The position numbers and the translations under genes are program-made. Positions 26,282-32,923 of a stretch of 64,000 nt of DNA are shown piece by piece. The stretch is from Dehalococcoidia bacterium (GTDB lineage Bacteria; Chloroflexota; Dehalococcoidia; Lucifugimonadales; UBA3495). The notes beneath the pieces are model-generated. The model was given only the letters and a program-made list of their open reading frames with translations. It had not been told where the DNA came from and searched no databases. Location of the stretch: NCBI GenBank assembly GCA_965203435.1, contig CBDBCU010000003.1, forward strand, positions 3,583 through 67,582, given 5' to 3'. Within the stretch, counting starts at the first letter, position 1. Each line of letters starts with the position of its first letter.

Positions 26282-26365
26282 GTTGCGGCGTATTCGTCCT
26301 TCAACAAGTTCAGGATGAACGGAGCGAACAAGAAGTTCCGGCTGAACGGAGCGAATACGCCGCAA
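26282..26365. repeat. REP-A composite with 15-bp terminal inverted repeats
   Basis: GTTGCGGCGTATTCG ... CGAATACGCCGCAAC flanks TCCTTCAACAAGTTCAGGATGAACGGAGCG units. Confidence 0.85.
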
Positions 26366-26414
26366 CGGAACGGAATCGGTTGGAAAAAGGCGGCCGCCTT
26401 TTTCCCGGTACAGC

Positions 26415-27158
26415 TTACGACCCCGGCGGCAGGGAACGGGTTTCCGGGGCGGCGGGCAGGCTGCCGGCATTGGCGCTTTTCAGGGCGGCCAATTCAGCCT
26501 CGACGCTGGCCGAGGCGGAAATCTGATTCAGTTCCCGCTCGATGTCATCCCGGGGGCCGCCGAAGTCGTCGAGGACGCCGTTTTCCACCAGTTCGTCAAT
26601 GGCGCCGGCTTTGGCCCGCATCTGGTCGGTCTTGTTTTCGGCCCGCTGCACGGCCAGGGAAACATCGCCCATTTCCTCGGAAATGCCGCCGAGGGCCGCG
26701 CCAATCCGCACCTGGGCTTGGGCGGCGGAATACTGGGCTTTGATGATTTCCTTTTTGTTGCGGAAAGCGTCCACCTTGGCCTGGAGGCGCTGCTCGGCAG
26801 CGGTGAGCTTTTCCTGCTCCAATTCCATGCCGGCAATCTGCTCGTCCAGCCCTTGCAGTTCGATGACGGCGTTCTGCTTGCGCTGGAGGGCCAGGCGGGC
26901 CAAATCCTCCCGGCCGGCCTCGAGAGCTTGCCGGGCCTGCCGTTCCAGCCGGGCGATGTTTTCCTGGACTTTGGCGGCCTGCTGCTGGATGCGCCGCTTG
27001 GCGGTGACCATTTCCACTACGCCGCGCTTGACATTTTGCAGCATTTCCAGCTGCTTTTCGTAGGAGTAGTCCAGGGTCTCCCGGGGATCCTCCGCGGAGT
27101 CGAGGATGCGGTTCATCTTGGACTTGACGATGGTGGACATTCGGGAAAACATTCCCAT
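26415..27158 (-). CDS. pspA: PspA/IM30 (Vipp1) family protein
   Basis: MGMFSRMSTIVKSKMNRILDSAEDPRETLDYSYEKQ... followed by a long coiled-coil. Confidence 0.9.
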   Translation of the reverse strand: MGMFSRMSTIVKSKMNRILDSAEDPRETLDYSYEKQLEMLQNVKRGVVEMVTAKRRIQQQAAKVQENIARLERQARQALEAGREDLARLALQRKQNAVIELQGLDEQIAGMELEQEKLTAAEQRLQAKVDAFRNKKEIIKAQYSAAQAQVRIGAALGGISEEMGDVSLAVQRAENKTDQMRAKAGAIDELVENGVLDDFGGPRDDIERELNQISASASVEAELAALKSANAGSLPAAPETRSLPPGS

Positions 27159-27263
27159 AGCGGTTACTTCTCCTTTAAGGGGATGCGGAAACCAGCCGCC
27201 TTTTGCGGCGGCCGACGGGCCGGCGTTGGGAAAAGGGCGGCCGACGATAGCCGGCGGGCCGGG

Positions 27264-27443
27264 TTACAACCGGCCGTAGCGGTTTTTGCGGCCGAACAGG
27301 GCAATCGCGCCCACAATCAAGCCGGCAACGATGCAGACGGCCCCCAGAACCCACAGGATAAAGTTGAGGATGCCGGAAATCAGCAATCCGCCGAGAACCA
27401 GCAGAAAGATGGCGGCAATCAGGCCGCCGCCGGTACTGCCCAT
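27264..27443 (-). CDS. small two-TM membrane protein (59 aa)
   Basis: Hand translation: MGSTGGGLIAAIFLLVLGGLLISGILNFILWVLGAVCIVAGLIVGAIALFGRKNRYGRL. Lies upstream of pspA on the same strand. Below the ORF-track cutoff. Confidence 0.45.
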   Translation of the reverse strand: MGSTGGGLIAAIFLLVLGGLLISGILNFILWVLGAVCIVAGLIVGAIALFGRKNRYGRL

Positions 27444-27593
27444 TTAATCCCCCTTGATACGGAATCTTGGTTTGACAATACCTTACCTTGTAGCGGCGGC
27501 TTGGTCAAGGGGCGGGGGCGGCGGTTTCAGGATTATTGCCTATACCTTTATTCGGGCGGGTGGGGCCGGGTAGGCCGCTCCGGGTAGCCGCCA

Positions 27594-27662
27594 ACTTCTT
27601 TCCGCCCGTCCTGCAACGGAGTTCAGGAGGGCCCTTCAACCAGTTCAGGGTGAGCGGAATAG
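27594..27662. repeat. REP-A units (degenerate)
   Basis: CTTTCCGCCCGTCCTGCAACGGAGTTCAGGAGG...CTTCAACCAGTTCAGGGTGAGCGGAA. Confidence 0.7.
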
Positions 27663-27670
27663 GATCTCAA

Positions 27671-27770
27671 CCGTCATTCCCGCGCAAGCGGGAATCCCGA
27701 ACGGTACTGCCTTATGATGGTATTGTCGACAGGCAACCCCTAGATTCCCGCTTACGCGGGAATGACGGTA
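27671..27770. repeat. MITE-like element with hairpin termini (family B)
   Basis: CCGTCATTCCCGCGCAAGCGGGAATCC, ~45-nt core, GATTCCCGCTTACGCGGGAATGACGGTA. Confidence 0.85.
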
Positions 27771-27787
27771 GAGAGGCCGCCCCGCCG

Positions 27788-28705
27788 CTACCGGGTGCGG
27801 CGGATGGTTTTCTTGCAGGTGGCCGTCCAGGTGCGGCTTTGCCGGGCCCGGAAGTTATAGTTAGCCCCAATGTCAGTATCCCAGTAAAACCAGCCCAGCC
27901 CATCCCCGTGATCCCAAGCGCCGGTGCCGGTGTCGCGGCTGTGGCCGGGGCCGATAACGGCGCTGCCATCCACATAGCGGGCTCCCCGGGCGCGGCAAAC
28001 CCGGGCGGCGCCGGCGGTCAACAATTCCTGCCATTGGGACAGGCTGGGCGTCGCTTGGTGGTTGGCCTCGCCCGACCGCGTAACAGTGTTGGTTTCCCAG
28101 TCGAGCGTCCAACTGGCAGTAGATTGCGGCGTAGATCGGCCGACCGACACATATCGGGCTCTCGCTTGACCGGTACCCGCTCCTCCAGGATTTCCCCAAG
28201 CCGAGCAAATCAAGGTGCCGGGCTGCCGGCCCTCCCGCAAGTCAGTCATACAGGTGTCGGTAGCCACATCGCCGCTGCCCACCCTAATCCGTTTGACCCG
28301 CTTAACTCGCCGCTTTTCCCGGGGAAACTCAAAAATGCGGTCGATGCTGACCCCGGTAACGCCGGATTCCCCCTCGGTCAGCCAACCCTCTTGGGCGGCG
28401 ATAAAGCCGCGGAAAATGCCGCGTTCCCCGAAATAGATGGTATCGTCCCGCTCGTTGCGGTCTTTGCCGGCCTGCCAGGTTTCGGCTTTGCTGAAAGTAT
28501 CGGACTGGTCGATGCCGCAGTAGAGGGTCTTGCCCCGGTTTTCAGCCAGGGATTCCAGGATGGCCGTGGTGCGGTCGGCGTGGGCAAAGGCTTGCCAGTC
28601 GGAACAGTCCCAGGGGATGGCCCGGGCGGCTTGGATAGTGGCAATGCCATACCCCGCGCCCAGCAGCAGGAACAGGAGGATACTGACAGCCAAGAGCTTG
28701 GGCAT
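27788..28705 (-). CDS. secreted hypothetical protein, paralogue A (conserved N-domain and C-terminal WTATC.KT..R motif)
   Basis: Signal-like MPKLLAVSILLFLLLGAGYG. About 125 aa are collinear with the ORF at 43523-44299. Confidence 0.7.
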   Translation of the reverse strand: MPKLLAVSILLFLLLGAGYGIATIQAARAIPWDCSDWQAFAHADRTTAILESLAENRGKTLYCGIDQSDTFSKAETWQAGKDRNERDDTIYFGERGIFRGFIAAQEGWLTEGESGVTGVSIDRIFEFPREKRRVKRVKRIRVGSGDVATDTCMTDLREGRQPGTLICSAWGNPGGAGTGQARARYVSVGRSTPQSTASWTLDWETNTVTRSGEANHQATPSLSQWQELLTAGAARVCRARGARYVDGSAVIGPGHSRDTGTGAWDHGDGLGWFYWDTDIGANYNFRARQSRTWTATCKKTIRRTR

Positions 28706-28930
28706 AAGGAGTTTCCCCCAAAGGCCCCAAAGCCCAATCAAGAAGGGCTCGAGGCCGAAATTTGCCTCAGCAAATTTCGGCCTCGAGCGAAAAAATTTTA
28801 TCCTATGGTTTGGGGTTTGGCAATAGGTTTATTGGGGAATTAACAGGGATAGAGCGGAGGGGCAGGATTTTGGGGGTCGGTTCAGGACGGGTTTTCCGTT
28901 TCATTGCCGCCCGGGATAGGCGGCCCCAAT

Positions 28931-28960
28931 CCGCTCATCCTGAACTTGTTGAAGGATGAA
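28931..28960. repeat. REP-A unit
   Basis: CCGCTCATCCTGAACTTGTTGAAGGATGAA. Confidence 0.8.
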
Positions 28961-29003
28961 ACCACGGTTGATAAAGAGAATCGCAAGGAAGCGCCATCCG
29001 CCC

Positions 29004-29190
29004 TACCGTCATTCCCGCGTAAGCGGGAATCCAGAGGTTGCTTGCCGAGGATGCGGCAGCATAAGGTAGCGCTGTCCGGGATTCCCGCTTACGCGGGAAT
29101 GACGGTAGCAGGGGCGGGAAGGACGGTAGGGGGGGCGGGATTCCCGCTTACGCGGGAATGACGGTAGCGGGGGCGGGAAGGACGGTAGGG
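29004..29190. repeat. family-B MITE-like element plus extra half-units
   Basis: TACCGTCATTCCCGCGTAAGCGGGAATCC...GGGATTCCCGCTTACGCGGGAATGACGGTA, then GGCGGGAAGGACGGTA motifs and a further hairpin. Confidence 0.85.
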
Positions 29191-29311
29191 GTCGGCGCAT
29201 TTCCCGGTCGTCCGGTGTGGTATTATATCCCTTGCTGAACTGTTGCCGGCCGTAAGGATAGGGCGGCGGCGGCAGCGGCGGCGGGATTATTGGCAAGGAG
29301 GCTTTGCGGGG

Positions 29312-29908
29312 ATGCTGCGTTCCTTATTCGGACGGGGGAAAAAGCGGCCGCCGGCGGCCCAATTGCCCGGCAATACCATCCGCGCGGCCCAAGTGGGCGA
29401 TGTGCTGGTGGTGCAGGGGCTGGCCCTGGAGTACGACAGCCTCTATTTTGTGGTGGAAAACATCCACCGCTACGGCGGCAATCGGCTCAGCTGGTTTGAG
29501 CTGGAGGTGGCGGATGCGGAACATCGGCTCTGGCTGGAGTGGCAGGAGGAGGGGGACGGGCTGTTTATCACCGCCACCGACGACCGGCGGCCGGTGACGC
29601 TGGAAGCCCTGGGCTTGACCGAGGCCGACCTGATAACCCTGGACGAGGAACATTCCCTCGGCAACAGCATCAGCGTCGAAGGGCGGCGGTTTTGCTACCG
29701 CAACAGCTTCGAAGCCTTTTACTTCCGCAACAATCAGGGCCAGGGGCAAGGGTTCTATCTGTGGGATTTTCTGGCGGAGGATGAGGAGCGTTCTTTGTCC
29801 ATCGTCAAGTACGAGGGCGCGCCCTACGAAGCCCATTTCAGCGAAACCCTGTCCCCGGAGAATGTCATCCTCTATCCCGGCGCGCGGCCGGAGCAAAGGA
29901 AGCGGTGA
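29312..29908 (+). CDS. DUF4178 domain protein
   Basis: ATG 29312 behind AAGGAGG. VGDVLVVQG..YFVVENIHRYGG.RLSWFELEVADAEHRLWLEW pattern. Confidence 0.65.
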   Translation: MLRSLFGRGKKRPPAAQLPGNTIRAAQVGDVLVVQGLALEYDSLYFVVENIHRYGGNRLSWFELEVADAEHRLWLEWQEEGDGLFITATDDRRPVTLEALGLTEADLITLDEEHSLGNSISVEGRRFCYRNSFEAFYFRNNQGQGQGFYLWDFLAEDEERSLSIVKYEGAPYEAHFSETLSPENVILYPGARPEQRKR

Positions 29909-29913
29909 GCGCA

Positions 29914-30798
29914 ATGCTGGAAACCCTGGTAAGTACCTTGGCATTTTTCCCCAAGGGCCTGGTCTATGTGGCCCTGGGGGTAGTAATCCTGTTCCTGGCC
30001 AAATTGGCCCGGGACCTGGTTACGCATCATCCCATTGACCAGGAAATCGTGGAAAAGGGAAACCTGGCGGAAGCCCTGCGCCTGGCCGGCTACCTGCTGG
30101 GGGTGATTCTGGTTTTCCTGGGGGCGGTGTATCAGCCCTTTGCCTTGACCGTCAGCGATGGCGGGCTGGGGTTCAACCGGGAGTTTGCCTTGGACCTGCT
30201 GCGGGTAGCCCTCTATTCCCTGGCCGGGGTGGTGGCGCTGAACCTGGTGCGGCTGCTGCTGGACAAGGCGGTGCTGTATCAGTTTCAGGTGGAAAAGGAA
30301 ATCATCGAAGAGCAGAATGTCGGCAGCGGAGCCGTGGGGTTCGGGATGAATGTGGCGGCCGGGCTGCTGATTGCCGGGGCTATTGCCGGCGGGGGGGAAT
30401 GGTACACGGCCCTGGCTTTCTTTGCCCTGGGTCTGGTCGTGCTGGCGGTTTTCGCCCTGTTTTACGAGCTGACCACTTCCTTTAACATCCACGACGAGAT
30501 TGAAAAGAACAACCCGGCGGTGGGGGTAGCCTTTGGCGGCAATCTGATCGCCATCGGTCTGGTGAACCTCAAGGCTTTGTTCGGGGATTTTGTCGGCTGG
30601 ACGCAGGGAATAACCGAGTTTGTCCTCTTTGCGGTGCTCGGCTTTATCCTGCTGTATATCCTGCGGCTGCTGGTGGATTTGATATTGCTGCCGCATACCA
30701 AGGTGGCGGATCAGTTGACGGCGGGCAATGTGGGCGTGGCTCTGCTGGAAAGCGGGGTAGTAATCAGTTCGGCGCTGATCCTGTTCTTTGCCATTTAG
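29914..30798 (+). CDS. membrane protein with two DUF350-like repeats
   Basis: Multi-TM. D.EI.KGN.A.AL..AGYLLG pattern occurs twice. Overlaps or abuts the DUF4178 stop (alternative GTG start at 29905). Confidence 0.7.
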   Translation: MLETLVSTLAFFPKGLVYVALGVVILFLAKLARDLVTHHPIDQEIVEKGNLAEALRLAGYLLGVILVFLGAVYQPFALTVSDGGLGFNREFALDLLRVALYSLAGVVALNLVRLLLDKAVLYQFQVEKEIIEEQNVGSGAVGFGMNVAAGLLIAGAIAGGGEWYTALAFFALGLVVLAVFALFYELTTSFNIHDEIEKNNPAVGVAFGGNLIAIGLVNLKALFGDFVGWTQGITEFVLFAVLGFILLYILRLLVDLILLPHTKVADQLTAGNVGVALLESGVVISSALILFFAI

Positions 30799-30820
30799 AC
30801 AAGGCAAGGGCCTATAGGAA

Positions 30821-30958
30821 CCGTCATTCCCGCGTAAGCGGGAATCCCGAACGGTAATGCCCAGGACACCGCATCCTCGGCAACTAACCTCTGGATTCCC
30901 GCTTACGCGGGAATGACGGTAAGAGGCGGGAAGGACGGTAAGGGACAGGAAGGACGGT
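30821..30958. repeat. family-B MITE-like element (inverted relative to 29004) plus GGAAGGACGGT half-units
   Basis: CCGTCATTCCCGCGTAAGCGGGAATCC...CTGGATTCCCGCTTACGCGGGAATGACGGTA. Confidence 0.85.
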
Positions 30959-30978
30959 TTTTGTATGCGGTTGCCCCC

Positions 30979-32025
30979 TTACTTTTCCTCGGGAAGGGCC
31001 CTGACCTGCCGGGCAATGTTTTGCTGAGCGCGGCGTTCCTGCTGCGCCGCATCCTGGGCCTCGGCATAGGCATAGCCCTCCTCTAATATCGCCGGCAGCA
31101 ATTCCTCCGGGGCCAGGTCGCAGTTGACCGCCGGTTCCAGCAGGCGGTCGAAAAAGTCGGCATCGCCGATAAAAGCCGGCCCGTCCGCGGCGAACTCGTC
31201 CAAAGTGCCATCATAGAGCCGCAGTAGAAAGACGGTACGCACCGGGTCTAATCCCTCAGCGATAAAGAGCTGCGGCCGCAGGTCAACGCCGCGGCCGGTG
31301 TCAAACTCGGCCCGGCCTAAGTCCTCATCCCAAAGGGTATCCTTAAAAACATCGAAGCGGTCGATGTAGCCCTCCGTTTCGGTCAAAAGGCGGCCGATAA
31401 AGCGGCGGCCGCCGGGGGTAATTTCGTAAAAGCCGGTTTCGTCGGAGAGGTTAATCAATCCCTGGCGGCCCAAACCGGCGGCGGCAGTTTCCAGGGCGGC
31501 GGCGTTGGCCGTTTCCGGCCGGGCCGGCAAAGGGTATTCGTGCTTGTCCAGAAAGTAGAGCAGGGTACACTCCCGCAGCCAGGCCAACAGTTCATCTTGG
31601 CTTTCGGCGTAACCCTGGGCAACGGCGTAATCCAGGGGCCGGTATTGGGGGGACAAGACTAATTCCAGAGGAACCGGGCCGGCCGCGGCTGGGGGCAGGT
31701 AGTACGCCACCGGGTCGGAAAGTTGCGCCGGGCGGGCGGCGGCTATTAGGTTAAGTTGGCACAAGCCCAAGCGGTACTGGTCAAACACTGGCAGGAAACA
31801 ATCGTAGATGTCGGGCAAGTCGGGATTGGCCGCCATGTCCAGACTTTCCGCGATAGCTTGACGAGCCGGTTCCTCCGGGGGGAAAAGGGCCGCCAGCAGT
31901 TGGTCTAGGGATTGGCGGGCGCAATCCGCTGGCAAAGTCAGTTGCAGCACGGCATCCGCCGGCAATCCGGCCAGGGATACCGATAGGGCCAGGGCGGGTA
32001 TTGCGGCTGGATTAGACAAGTTCAC
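30979..32025 (-). CDS. hypothetical protein (348 aa)
   Basis: Long ORF with a GTG start overlapping the upstream stop (GTGA). No motif recognised. Confidence 0.65.
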   Translation of the reverse strand: MNLSNPAAIPALALSVSLAGLPADAVLQLTLPADCARQSLDQLLAALFPPEEPARQAIAESLDMAANPDLPDIYDCFLPVFDQYRLGLCQLNLIAAARPAQLSDPVAYYLPPAAAGPVPLELVLSPQYRPLDYAVAQGYAESQDELLAWLRECTLLYFLDKHEYPLPARPETANAAALETAAAGLGRQGLINLSDETGFYEITPGGRRFIGRLLTETEGYIDRFDVFKDTLWDEDLGRAEFDTGRGVDLRPQLFIAEGLDPVRTVFLLRLYDGTLDEFAADGPAFIGDADFFDRLLEPAVNCDLAPEELLPAILEEGYAYAEAQDAAQQERRAQQNIARQVRALPEEK

Positions 32026-32846
32026 GGCAAACCGGGGTTATTCCCGGAATGGCGGCGGCCGGCGCGGAGTTTTACTTGGCCGCCGCCGCCGCTGAAGGAG
32101 CCGACGCTGCTGCGGGAGATGGCGGAACTGCCGCCGGCCCGGCTGATGCTGCTGCTGGAGCGGAAAGCGCCGGAGGAGCGCTGCGTCTGCTGGTAGCTTT
32201 GCCGGGCGGAGCTGGTACTGCGGCCGGCTTCCTGATAGCGGGAGCCGGCAAAGCCCTGCTGCCGGGTGGCGTAGCGGCTGTTGCGGGCCACTTGCGTTCC
32301 GTAGCGGCTGGATTGGCGGTAGTTGGCCCGGTTCTGCCGCAGGGTCGGGCCGTAGCTGGCCGGGGTGTGGTAGAAGTAGGGGCCGCGGTTGAAACTGCTG
32401 AGCAGCAGGTAGGTAAAGAGGAAGTCGCCGGCCCCGAAGTGGCTGTAATAGTAGCCGTTGGCCCCATAACCGCGCATATCGTACTCGTCGTTGGTGTCCT
32501 TGACGATGGAAAAGAGGCGGTCATCCTGGGTATCCTCAATGTCGTTGCTGTTGTTCAGGTCCTCCCAGCCCTCCAGGGTCAGGCGGTCGCCGTCTTGCAG
32601 GGAACGGATGAGGATGATGCCGTCGCCCTCGTAGATTTCGTTGACCCGGCGCTCAAACTCGGTGGCGCTCTGGGCGTTCTTAAAGGCTTCCTGCACATCG
32701 TCGAGGTTGATGCGGCCGGCGGCGCCGTCGGTGGCGGCCCATTCGTCATAAGAGGGGCCGCTGCTGCACGCGGCCACCAGCGGCGCGCCGGCGACCAGCG
32801 TTCCGGTAAAGACTGCCGTACTCAGGCGGCGAAGTTTCCACGCCAT
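32022..32846 (-). CDS. lipoprotein with acidic globular domain and Ser/Arg/Gln/Tyr/Gly-rich low-complexity tail
   Basis: Signal plus lipobox LVAACS. Tail reads ...RSTSSARQSYQQTQRSSGAFRSSSSISRAGGSSAISRSSVGSFSGGGG. Confidence 0.7.
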   Translation of the reverse strand: MAWKLRRLSTAVFTGTLVAGAPLVAACSSGPSYDEWAATDGAAGRINLDDVQEAFKNAQSATEFERRVNEIYEGDGIILIRSLQDGDRLTLEGWEDLNNSNDIEDTQDDRLFSIVKDTNDEYDMRGYGANGYYYSHFGAGDFLFTYLLLSSFNRGPYFYHTPASYGPTLRQNRANYRQSSRYGTQVARNSRYATRQQGFAGSRYQEAGRSTSSARQSYQQTQRSSGAFRSSSSISRAGGSSAISRSSVGSFSGGGGQVKLRAGRRHSGNNPGLP

Positions 32847-32866
32847 TTGCTTAACCTCTTGATTGA

Positions 32867-32898
32867 TTCACCCGGCAACAAGTTCCGGGTGAGCGGAA
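32867..32898. repeat. REP-A unit
   Basis: TTCACCCGGCAACAAGTTCCGGGTGAGCGGAA. Confidence 0.8.
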
Positions 32899-32923
32899 TT
32901 CCAGGGGCGGCCGGCCGGCGCCA

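Noticed and set aside
27671-29190. Regularly recurring ~28-nt palindromic repeats separated by ~45-60-nt unique-looking stretches could be mistaken for CRISPR arrays. The same applies at 43169-43400 and 45854-46080.
   Set aside because: The repeats occur as inverted (not direct) pairs and the 'spacers' are homologous between loci. The units are scattered through many intergenic regions, spacing is irregular, and no cas genes or leader are present. They fit MITE/REP elements instead.
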